A DNA stretch of 48,347 nt. Source: Nitrososphaerota archaeon (GTDB taxonomy: Archaea > Iainarchaeota > Iainarchaeia > Iainarchaeales > GCA-2688035). The notes under the pieces are model-generated. The model was given only the letters and a program-made list of their open reading frames with translations, was not told the DNA's origin and did no database searches. This document shows, in pieces, positions 9,883-16,826 of the stretch (the stretch's first letter is position 1; each line of letters begins with the position of its first letter). A program made the translations under genes and the position numbers. The DNA lies in assembly GCA_017610265.1 (NCBI GenBank), contig JAFCCH010000006.1, positions 1-48,347 on the forward strand. The letters run 5' to 3'.

Positions 9883-10221
9883 ATGGAAGAAGAAGTTATT
9901 TATGGTCCAATTTATGAAAGACTTGCCAAGCCGTTTTGGGTGGACGCCGCCAAAATCACAATTACTTCCAAACGAATTGTTGTAAAGGCGTTCTTTTTTA
10001 TTCCAATTTTCAAAATAGATTTGAATACCATTTCAGAAGTTGGGCCTGTTGAGAAAAAATTTATTGTTTACACTAATTGGATTATTGTTAGAGTAAAAAG
10101 CAAAAATCGCGAATACTGGTTCCAGTTTAGTAACCTTAATCAAGATGTTGCTGGCAAACATGCTGTCGAATTCAGAAAAAAGCTAAAGTTTGCAATAGAA
10201 AAATTTGGAAAAAATAATTGA
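9883..10221 (+). CDS. hypothetical protein (112 aa)
   Basis: Clean ORF immediately after mscS. I recognise no motif. Confidence 0.4.
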   Translation: MEEEVIYGPIYERLAKPFWVDAAKITITSKRIVVKAFFFIPIFKIDLNTISEVGPVEKKFIVYTNWIIVRVKSKNREYWFQFSNLNQDVAGKHAVEFRKKLKFAIEKFGKNN

Positions 10222-10235
10222 AAAAAAAAGAAAAA

Positions 10236-10261
10236 AACAGAGCAGTTTTTACTGCTCTGTT
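10236..10261. terminator. perfect 11-bp-stem hairpin between convergent genes (bidirectional terminator candidate)
   Basis: AACAGAGCAGT-tttt-ACTGCTCTGTT. It is preceded by an A-run and contains a T-run. The right arm overlaps the stop codon (10249-10251) of the minus-strand gene. Confidence 0.6.
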
Positions 10262-11700
10262 ACTGCTGTTGGACTTACATCTACTTCTTTTGTCAGAGTT
10301 GCCAACAAAATATTTGACCCATCTTTGTAGAACTCTGCCACCAAAGTATATGTTCCCGGATTGACAGAATAGAAAAAGTTTGTATTATAGTTTTTGTACT
10401 CAACATCTTCTACTGTCATGTATAGGCTAGACGAACTTGTTGTTGTACTTATTAGTTTGCCGTCGCCGTTCACCAAATTAAACTTGGTATAGTACTCAAC
10501 CCTTTTATCTGTTTGAGTTGTGTTACTCAACTTTAGCTCTACTTTGGAAACTGAGTCTCCCTTGGAATTTAGAGTAACCTTGTTGTATTCAACTTTTACA
10601 TCGCTTAAGGTCACACTGCTGTTTGCTTCAAACTCTTGAGCAGACCTTTCAGCAAATATTACAGTTGTTGCTGCAGGCCCTATTTCTACTTCTTTTGTTA
10701 TGCTTGCCAACAAAATATTTGACCCATCCTTGTAGAACTCTGCCACCAAAGTATATGTTCCCGGATTGACAGAATAGAAAAAGTTTGTATTATAGTTTTT
10801 GAACACAATGTTTTGCACATTCATATACAAAGAACTTGTGGCATTCGTAACACTTACTGTTTCTCCAGTCTCATTCACAATTAGGAATTTTGTGTAGTAT
10901 TCAACCCTTTGCTCAAAATCGGTTTTGTTAACCAATCTAAGCACTACTTGGTCTATTCCACTTCCGTTTGAGTTCAACGAAACTTTGTCGTAGGAAAGAG
11001 TTACATCACTGATGGTGACTTCGCTTGCTTCAACAGGCTCCTCTTTTACCTTAGGTGCTCGAATTACTGTTTCTTCACTTGGCCCAATTTTAATGCGTTT
11101 TGTTAAAGTAGCCAAAACTTCTTCAGATTCACTGCTGATGAAAAACTCTGTTCGCAGATCATATTCGCCTGATGATACTACTTCCAAACTGCCGGTAGTG
11201 AATTTCTTGAAACCAATATTTGTTACATTTTGATAGAGTGAAGATTTGCTGTTTGTTTCACTTACTGCTTCACCACCGGTATTCAAAAGAGTGAACTTTA
11301 CATAGTATTCAACTCTTTTTTCCAATTCGGTTTCGTTTGTTAGCCTAAATATTACATTCTGCACACCGTTGCCGTTAGAATTCAATTCAATCCGGTCGTA
11401 CAAAACAGTTACATCGCTAATTTTAACCTGCGGCTCGTCTGAAAGATTTGGACCTGGACCAGGACCGGGTTCTTCCTGAACAATGCAGGCAATCGAACAG
11501 CATTGGTCACTATCGCTTGTGGTTAGCAAGGCCCCTGTACATTCTTGTTCCCCTGTGCAAACAGACCCATTTTGTTCTGCGCATGTTTTTATCTCAGGAG
11601 TTGACCCAGGACCTGAATCCGGGTCTGTACTTGGTTCAACACAACCTGAAAACAGGATGGCCAAAAAAATAAGTACAATAACTACATATTTAGTTTTCAA
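10249..11700 (-). CDS. secreted/lipid-anchored surface protein with a Cys-rich module and three ~135-aa tandem repeats
   Basis: Signal peptide with a lipobox-like 'ILFSGC'. A Cys-rich stretch 'CAEQNGSVCTGEQECTG...DQCCSIAC' and a PGPGPGP linker follow. Then come three repeats of the pattern 'V.(I/L)SDV.(V/L).Y(D/N)(R/K)(I/V).LNS(N/K)G.(G/S)...V.(F/L)(R/K)L.N.T...KRVEYY.KF.L.N..GE..S.TN..SSLY'. SD 'ggaggag' upstream on the minus strand. Confidence 0.7.
   Translation of the reverse strand: MKTKYVVIVLIFLAILFSGCVEPSTDPDSGPGSTPEIKTCAEQNGSVCTGEQECTGALLTTSDSDQCCSIACIVQEEPGPGPGPNLSDEPQVKISDVTVLYDRIELNSNGNGVQNVIFRLTNETELEKRVEYYVKFTLLNTGGEAVSETNSKSSLYQNVTNIGFKKFTTGSLEVVSSGEYDLRTEFFISSESEEVLATLTKRIKIGPSEETVIRAPKVKEEPVEASEVTISDVTLSYDKVSLNSNGSGIDQVVLRLVNKTDFEQRVEYYTKFLIVNETGETVSVTNATSSLYMNVQNIVFKNYNTNFFYSVNPGTYTLVAEFYKDGSNILLASITKEVEIGPAATTVIFAERSAQEFEANSSVTLSDVKVEYNKVTLNSKGDSVSKVELKLSNTTQTDKRVEYYTKFNLVNGDGKLISTTTSSSSLYMTVEDVEYKNYNTNFFYSVNPGTYTLVAEFYKDGSNILLATLTKEVDVSPTAVTEQ
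10281..10396 (-). repeat. intragenic near-identical DNA repeat, copy A (partner 10686-10801)
   Basis: About 116 nt matching 10686-10801 with roughly five mismatches, at an offset of exactly 405 nt (135 codons). The remainder of the protein repeats is much more diverged. Confidence 0.85.
10686..10801 (-). repeat. intragenic near-identical DNA repeat, copy B (partner 10281-10396)
   Basis: See copy A. Both encode '...YNTNFFYSVNPGTYTLVAEFYKDGSNILLA(S/T)(I/L)TKEV'. Confidence 0.85.
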
Positions 11701-11754
11701 AAATTATCTCCTCCTTTTGGATAAACGTTTTGAAATTATGAGGCTTTTTTTGTT

Positions 11755-11778
11755 TATAAAGATTTGTATAAAGATTTG
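11755..11778. repeat. 12-bp tandem duplication 'tataaagatttg' x2 in a divergent promoter region (duplicated TATA-like box)
   Basis: Perfect direct repeat 11755-11766 / 11767-11778, followed by 'taaataaa'. It lies between divergently transcribed genes (start 11700 on the minus strand, start 11854 on the plus strand). Confidence 0.6.
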
Positions 11779-11853
11779 TAAATAAATCAAAAAGGAATTT
11801 CACCGGAAGTCCACCATCCAAACCAGCTTATTTGTAAAAACCCTATTTTTTGG

Positions 11854-12981
11854 ATGCAGACACTTGAAAAGCTTCAAAAGCTGGGAATGGCTGCATCTTG
11901 GGATTCCTGCGGAGGAGTCAAGCAAAAAAGCCTGAGAAAGGCAGGCATTCCAGCAAGCCACGCAGACTTTATCCACGATTGTTCTAATACAAATGAAAAT
12001 TGCAAGCTTATGAAAGTGCTGCAAAGCAATTCCTGCATTCACGACTGCAAATACTGTGTAAACAATTCAGGCAAACAAAAAAAGCTTGAATTTGAACCAG
12101 ACGAGCTTGCAAGAAGCTTTACTGCCTTTGAAAGAGCAGGAATGGTCCAAGGCCTTTTCCTCAGCTCAGCTGTTTGCAGAAATGTTGAAAAGTCAACCGA
12201 GAAAATCGTTGAGACTGCAAGGCTGTTAAGGCAAAAATACAGGTTCAGGGGATATGTGCATTTGAAGGTTTTGCCAACAACGCCAAAAGACCAAATATTT
12301 GAACTTGCAAGATATGCAAACAGGCTAAGCCTAAATCTCGAAACAACAGGAACCGGCTTTTTTGAGGAACTTGGTTCAACCAAGGACTACAAAAACGACT
12401 TGGAGAAAAGGTTGAAGTGGATTGATGAAGCAAAAAGAAAGGGAAAGCTGACAAGTTTTACAACCCAGTTGATTCTTGGAGCGGCAGGGGAAACCGATTT
12501 GGATGTCTTGAAGAGGATGGACAGCCTTTACAAAGATACCATGCTTCACAGAATATATTTCTCCGCCTTCAAACCAGTTAAGGGAACTGCCTTGGAGAAA
12601 AGGCAAGAGGAAAAAGACCACAGAGCATATCAATTATATCAAACAGACTGGCTGATGAAAGTCTATGGCTTTAATTTCAAGGAAGTTAAGCTTGGTTTAA
12701 ATGAAGAAGAAAGGTTTGGCAATGCCCGCGACATAAAATTTGAGATTGCTTTAAACAATCCAAACCTATTTCCTGTTGATGTAAACAACGCAAGCCTGGA
12801 AGAGCTTTTGAGGGTTCCTGGCATTGGGCCAAAGGGCGCTGAACAAATTGTAAAGCAAAGGGAAAAGAAAAAATTTAAGGAATTCAAGGAATTGAAAAAG
12901 ACAGGAGTAATTGTAAAACGAGCCCAGTCCTTTATTGAAACAGACAGGCAAAGGCAGGCAAGAATAAGCGCTTTCCTTTAA
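11854..12981 (+). CDS. putative DNA modification/repair radical SAM protein with C-terminal helix-hairpin-helix
   Basis: 'CIHDCKYC' CxxxCxxC motif. The N-terminal 'LGMAASWDSCGG' is characteristic of this family as I recall it. C-terminal HhH 'LLRVPGIGPKGAEQIV'. Confidence 0.7.
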   Translation: MQTLEKLQKLGMAASWDSCGGVKQKSLRKAGIPASHADFIHDCSNTNENCKLMKVLQSNSCIHDCKYCVNNSGKQKKLEFEPDELARSFTAFERAGMVQGLFLSSAVCRNVEKSTEKIVETARLLRQKYRFRGYVHLKVLPTTPKDQIFELARYANRLSLNLETTGTGFFEELGSTKDYKNDLEKRLKWIDEAKRKGKLTSFTTQLILGAAGETDLDVLKRMDSLYKDTMLHRIYFSAFKPVKGTALEKRQEEKDHRAYQLYQTDWLMKVYGFNFKEVKLGLNEEERFGNARDIKFEIALNNPNLFPVDVNNASLEELLRVPGIGPKGAEQIVKQREKKKFKEFKELKKTGVIVKRAQSFIETDRQRQARISAFL

Positions 12982-13003
12982 TAGGAAAGTAATAAAAGAA
13001 ACT

Positions 13004-13765
13004 TTGAACACAATAAAAGACATGGTTCTTCTATGGATTTTGCTTGCGACAATTGCAAACAGTTTTTTGGCGCTTGCGGGCGCAGTAACATTGGGGTGGA
13101 GCAAAAAAACACTCGAACGAATTTTGCATGCATTGGTTGGCTTTAGTGCAGGAGCATTATTGGGCGGTGCATTCTTCCACCTTATTGCAGAATCTCTTGA
13201 AAAAATGCCAACAATGGAAACATTTTACCTCGTTTTTGCAGGATTTATCCTGTTCTTCCTGATTGAAAGATTTTTGCACTGGCACCATTGCCACAAAGGC
13301 AAATGCGATGTGCATGTTTTTTCTTATTTAATTCTTGTGGGAGATGGCATTCACAATTTTATTGATGGCCTTATAATTGCGGCAAGCTTTCTGATAGATA
13401 TTAAGGTAGGAATTGTGACAACAATTGCTGTAATGAGCCATGAATTACCCCAAGAGCTTGGCGATTTTGGAGTCCTCGTTTACGGCGGCTTTAGCAGGAA
13501 AAAAGCCTTGTTATACAATTTTGCCTCACAGCTTACAAGCGTTGCAGGCGGTATAGTTGGCTTCTTTTTTCTTGGCACAAGTGGTCTTGCTGTTTACCTT
13601 TTGCCTTTTGCGGCAGGGGGCTTTATTTACATTGGAGCCTCTGATTTGATTCCTGAACTGCACAAGCAGGAAAACATGAAAAAAGCAATGACTGCATTTG
13701 TGTTTTTCCTGGTTGGAATAGGCTTTATGATTGGAGTAAAGTTGTTTTTTGAAGGAGCTCAATGA
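13004..13765 (+). CDS. ZIP family divalent-metal transporter (ZupT-like)
   Basis: Eight predicted TM helices. 'HELPQELGDFGVL' and 'HNFIDGL' are the conserved ZIP metal-binding helices, and the loop 'HWHHCHKGKCDVH' is His/Cys-rich. TTG start at 13004; alternative ATG at 13022. Confidence 0.8.
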   Translation: MNTIKDMVLLWILLATIANSFLALAGAVTLGWSKKTLERILHALVGFSAGALLGGAFFHLIAESLEKMPTMETFYLVFAGFILFFLIERFLHWHHCHKGKCDVHVFSYLILVGDGIHNFIDGLIIAASFLIDIKVGIVTTIAVMSHELPQELGDFGVLVYGGFSRKKALLYNFASQLTSVAGGIVGFFFLGTSGLAVYLLPFAAGGFIYIGASDLIPELHKQENMKKAMTAFVFFLVGIGFMIGVKLFFEGAQ

Positions 13766-13792
13766 TAATGCTTTTTTAAAGAAAAGCAAAGC

Positions 13793-13821
13793 TTTAAATA
13801 CTATTATGAACATATGTTCAT
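13793..13821 (+). promoter_or_regulatory. TATA box (tttaaata, 13793-13800) followed by a perfect 16-bp palindrome ATGAACATATGTTCAT (13806-13821) abutting the DUF134 start codon
   Basis: Read directly. The palindrome is its own reverse complement and ends 1 nt before ATG 13823. TATA-to-ATG spacing of about 25 nt suggests a leaderless or short-leader mRNA with the operator over the TSS. Confidence 0.6.
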
Positions 13822-13822
13822 T

Positions 13823-14125
13823 ATGGCTAGGCCAAAAAAGACAAGATTTGTTGCATGCAATCCAGAGGCAACTTACTTCAAGCCAAGGGCAATTCCCTTA
13901 TTTGAATTAGAAGAAGTTGTGCTTAAATTAGAAGAAATTGAGGCATTAAAGCTGAAATTTTTGGAAAAATGCGAGCAGGAAGAGGCAGCAAAGAAAATGA
14001 AGGTAAGCAGAACAACCTTTTGGCGAGTGTTTAACAGCGCTGGAAAAAAAGTTGCAGATGCATTGATTAACGGCAAGGCCATTAGGATTGAAGGAGGGCA
14101 TTATGCCCTTAAAAAGGAGGTATAA
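13823..14125 (+). CDS. DUF134 (UPF0251) family putative DNA-binding protein
   Basis: 'MARPKKTRFVACNPEATYFKPRAIPL...LEEVVLKLEEIEALKL...QEEAAKKMKVSRTTFWR' matches the DUF134 N-terminal box plus its sigma-70 region-4-like HTH. Start moved to ATG 13823 (track: 13814). Confidence 0.75.
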   Translation: MARPKKTRFVACNPEATYFKPRAIPLFELEEVVLKLEEIEALKLKFLEKCEQEEAAKKMKVSRTTFWRVFNSAGKKVADALINGKAIRIEGGHYALKKEV

Positions 14126-14128
14126 AAA

Positions 14129-14284
14129 ATGCCTGGAAGAGGAAGAATGGGCGGATTTGGAATGGGACTGGGAGGCAACTGCGTTTGCCCAAATTGTGGA
14201 GCAACAGCAGCACACCAGCGAGGAATGCCCTGCACTCAGCAAAAATGCCCAAAATGCGGAAGCACAATGACAAGAGAAAGGTAA
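14129..14284 (+). CDS. unlisted 51-aa protein: Gly/Arg/Met-rich N-terminus plus CxxC...CxxC zinc ribbon
   Basis: My translation: MPGRGRMGGFGMGLGGNCVCPNCGATAAHQRGMPCTQQKCPKCGSTMTRER. A strong SD 'aggagg' (14115-14120) lies 8 nt upstream. It starts 3 nt after the DUF134 stop. It falls below the 60-aa cutoff of the ORF track. Confidence 0.6.
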   Translation: MPGRGRMGGFGMGLGGNCVCPNCGATAAHQRGMPCTQQKCPKCGSTMTRER

Positions 14285-14334
14285 TTTTGTTTGAATAAAG
14301 CATTAATTGAACAAGTTGAAAAAAGTGAATTTAA

Positions 14335-15519
14335 ATGAATAAACTTGAAAAAGCAGCAGTTATTTCCGTAATTGGAAACGCATTTGTTTCAGTAATCAAA
14401 TTTGCAGCAGGAACAACGTTTGGCTCTGTTGCATTGGTGGCCGATGCAATCCACTCTTTTACCGACATAATCGGAAGCATTGCAGTTTTCTTTGGAGTAA
14501 GGTTTGCTGATGTCAAAAGTGACAAATTCCCTTACGGTTTGTACAAACTTGAAAACTTTGTAAGCCTTTTTATTGCGCTTATAATTTTTTGGTCAGGAAT
14601 TGAAATTGCCTTGGAATCAATTGCAAAGCTTGGCTCTCCAACCCAAATAACAGGATTTGAAGCAATAATTGTTGCAATTGTTGCTCTTGTAATTGTTTAC
14701 GCACTTGCAAAATACAAGGAAAAAATTGGCAAAGCAGAGCACAGCCCAAGCATGATTTCAGAGGCAAAGCACAGCATGCTTGACGCATATGGCAGTGTTG
14801 GTGTTGTTGCGGCCCTTGGTTTAAGCTTTGCAGGCTTTCCAATATTTGATCCTTTAATAGGAGTTATTATTTCGGTTCTTGTATTCAAAGCAGGCTTGGA
14901 AATTTTTATGGATTCAACAAAGGTTTTGCTTGACATAAGCCTTGATTACAAAACAATGAAAAAAATTGAAAAAATTGCCACAGCACAAAAGGGCGTTAAG
15001 GTAAAGGAAATTCTTGCAAGAAACAGCGGCCGATACATCTTTGTTGATATAATGCTCGAAACAGGTTTGAAGGACTTGAAAAAAGTTGACAAGCTGCACA
15101 GGCAGTGCGAAACAGACATAAGGAAAGCAGTGCCAAGGATTGACAAGATAATGGTTGACATTCACTACAAGAAAAAGCCAGTGCTTGTTTATGCAATTGC
15201 ATTGGAGAAAAGAAGTGAAAAAAGCTCTATTGCGATGGAATTTGGAACCGCAAAATTTTTCGGCGTTTTTAAGGCCGAAAATAGAGCAGGAAAAGGCGGG
15301 CTTATTGAAAGCAAAATAATTGAAAATCCGCATTGCAAAAACGAGGAAAGGAAAGGAATTCTTGCGGCAGAGCTTCTTGCAAAAAACAATGTTGATGTGC
15401 TTTTTAGTAGGGAAAAAATGCGAAAAGGCGGTGCCTTTTATGCATTACAGGAAAGTTTTGTTGAAATGAGAAAAACCGAGAAAAAAACATTTAATAAATT
15501 GCTGGAGGAATTCAAGTAA
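14335..15519 (+). CDS. cation diffusion facilitator (CDF) metal efflux transporter fused to a C-terminal NifX/NifB-like (Nitro_FeMo-Co) domain
   Basis: Residues 1-290 are a CDF: 'VISVIGNAFVSVIKFAAG...VALVADAIHSFTDIIGS', 'HSMLDAYGSVGV', and a cytoplasmic CTD 'ILARNSGRYIFVDIMLE'. Residues ~295-394, 'VYAIALE..SSIAMEFGTAKFFGVFK....IENPHC....GILAAELLAKNNVDVLFSREKMRKGGAFYALQESFVEM', follow the NifX-like pattern (HFG.A..F...ENP...G...A..L...vdvvi...G..A...L). Confidence 0.6.
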   Translation: MNKLEKAAVISVIGNAFVSVIKFAAGTTFGSVALVADAIHSFTDIIGSIAVFFGVRFADVKSDKFPYGLYKLENFVSLFIALIIFWSGIEIALESIAKLGSPTQITGFEAIIVAIVALVIVYALAKYKEKIGKAEHSPSMISEAKHSMLDAYGSVGVVAALGLSFAGFPIFDPLIGVIISVLVFKAGLEIFMDSTKVLLDISLDYKTMKKIEKIATAQKGVKVKEILARNSGRYIFVDIMLETGLKDLKKVDKLHRQCETDIRKAVPRIDKIMVDIHYKKKPVLVYAIALEKRSEKSSIAMEFGTAKFFGVFKAENRAGKGGLIESKIIENPHCKNEERKGILAAELLAKNNVDVLFSREKMRKGGAFYALQESFVEMRKTEKKTFNKLLEEFK

Positions 15520-15543
15520 TTGAAAGGAAAAAAATTAACTTGA

Positions 15544-15864
15544 ATGCCCTTGGCTTTTTTTGGAGAAATTTTAATGATTGAAAATGAAACAATTAATTTG
15601 GTTGGATTTGTCATTCTTGCTTTTTCATTAATATTTGCTTACACAGGAACCCTTTCCCAATGCACTTACAGGAAATATATTGTTCCTGCAATGCTTTTGG
15701 TTATAGCAGTAATATTTTTACAGGAAATGATTGCAGCTTTAATGATTGCGGTTTCAGCCACATTGTTTTACAGTGGATATAAAGGATATGGAATTGAAGT
15801 CAAAAAAAAAGAGGCAGAAAAAACAAAAAATGAAACAAAGGAAGAAAAAACGGAGGAGATTTAA
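15544..15864 (+). CDS. small membrane protein (2-3 TM) with Lys/Glu-rich tail
   Basis: Hydrophobic ORF tightly packed between the CDF and NifX-like genes. The start is uncertain (alternative ATG at 15574). Confidence 0.4.
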   Translation: MPLAFFGEILMIENETINLVGFVILAFSLIFAYTGTLSQCTYRKYIVPAMLLVIAVIFLQEMIAALMIAVSATLFYSGYKGYGIEVKKKEAEKTKNETKEEKTEEI

Positions 15865-16434
15865 ATGAAGGTAGCAATTAGCGCCGTATCAGAAGATTTG
15901 AAACAGCCTGTAAACCTTGTTTTTGGAAGGTGCCCAGGCTATGTTATAGCTGAAATTGAAGGAAAAGAAGTAAAGGAAACAAAGTTTGTGCAAAATCCCG
16001 GAATGAACACAGGAATGGGAGCAGGAATTGCTGCAGCACAAGTAGTTGCAGGGCAAGGCGCACAGGCAGTTATTAGCGGCAATGTAGGGCCAAACGCGTT
16101 CATGGTTTTGCAGCAGTCGGGAATAAAGGTTTATAAAGTAGCAGATTTGAGTGTAGAGCAGGCATTAAAGCAGTTTGCTGACGGGAAGCTTGAAGAAGTA
16201 AAGGACTCAACTGCACCAGGCCACTTTGGAATGGGCCAAGGTCAAGGAACGGGCCAGGGCGCAGGAAGAGGCGCTGGAGCAGGAATGGGCCAAGGTCAAG
16301 GAACGGGCCAGGGGGCAGGAAGAGGCGCTGGAGCAGGAATGGGCCAAGGAAGAGGAACAGGAATGGGCCGAGGTGCCGGAGCTGGTGCAGGCAGAGGAAC
16401 AGGCGCAGGTCGCGGAAGAGGTCCGCCAATGTAA
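15865..16434 (+). CDS. NifX/NifB-like (Nitro_FeMo-Co domain) protein with ~70-aa Gly/Arg/Gln/Met-rich repetitive C-terminal tail
   Basis: 'MKVAISAVSEDL...VFGRCPGYVIAEIEGKEV...QNPG...GAGIAAAQVVAGQGAQAVISGNVGPNAFMVLQQSGIKVY' is a canonical NifX-like domain. The tail is 'GMGQGQGTGQGAGRGAGA' x2, then GMGQGRGTGMGRGAGAGAGRGTGAGRGRGPPM. Confidence 0.8.
   Translation: MKVAISAVSEDLKQPVNLVFGRCPGYVIAEIEGKEVKETKFVQNPGMNTGMGAGIAAAQVVAGQGAQAVISGNVGPNAFMVLQQSGIKVYKVADLSVEQALKQFADGKLEEVKDSTAPGHFGMGQGQGTGQGAGRGAGAGMGQGQGTGQGAGRGAGAGMGQGRGTGMGRGAGAGAGRGTGAGRGRGPPM
16228..16335 (+). repeat. 54-bp coding tandem repeat x2 (1 mismatch), decaying into degenerate G/R-coding repeats to ~16430
   Basis: Unit ggaatgggccaaggtcaaggaacgggccagggcgcaggaagaggcgctggagca at 16228-16281 and 16282-16335. 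Confidence 0.9.
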
Positions 16435-16448
16435 AAGGAGGTTTTAGT

Positions 16449-16826
16449 ATGAAGGTTGCGATTTCAACAGATTCAGGAAGAGTGGCGGAGCATTTTGGAA
16501 GATGCCCACAGTTCACAATTGCAAAAATAGAAAAAGGAAAAATTGTAAAAAAAGAGGTTATTGAAAATCCAGGGCATGCAACAGGATTTTTGCCAAAGTT
16601 TTTCAAAGAACAAGGCGTTGAGATAGTAATTGCAGGCGGTGCAGGAATGAGGGCCCAGCAGTTTTTTGAAGATTTTGGAATAAAACTTGTTGTTGGAGTT
16701 TCAGGAAACATTGATGATGCATTGCAGGCACTTGCCCAAGGAAAGCTTGAGGGCGGAGAAGGCAGCTGCAGCCCTGGAGCAGGAAAAGGATACGGAATTC
16801 CAAAAGAAGACGGGCACGGCGAATGA
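16449..16826 (+). CDS. NifX/NifB-like (Nitro_FeMo-Co domain) protein
   Basis: 'MKVAISTDSGRVAEHFGRCPQFTIAKIEKGKIV..EVIENPGH..GFLPKFFKEQGVEIVIAGGAGMRAQQFFEDFGIKLV'. SD 'aaggagg' upstream. Confidence 0.8.
   Translation: MKVAISTDSGRVAEHFGRCPQFTIAKIEKGKIVKKEVIENPGHATGFLPKFFKEQGVEIVIAGGAGMRAQQFFEDFGIKLVVGVSGNIDDALQALAQGKLEGGEGSCSPGAGKGYGIPKEDGHGE

Noticed and set aside
16228-16430. Possible CRISPR-like or satellite repeat (also 29182-29280)
   Set aside because: The units are contiguous with no spacers and are in frame inside ORFs. They encode Gly/Arg repeats, and no cas genes or leader are present. They are coding tandem repeats, not CRISPR arrays.
16100-16711. 203-aa minus-strand ORF overlapping the two NifX-like genes
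   Set aside because: It is antisense to two well-supported genes. Its length comes from the GC-rich, stop-poor G/R-coding repeats (the Pro/Leu/Phe-rich translation looks like a low-complexity mirror). No start context was found.
15865-16826. NifX/NifB-like genes as evidence for nitrogen fixation
   Set aside because: The window contains no nifH/D/K/E/N genes and no NifB radical SAM domain. Stand-alone Nitro_FeMo-Co-domain proteins are common in non-diazotrophs. They are treated instead as generic cofactor or metal carriers.
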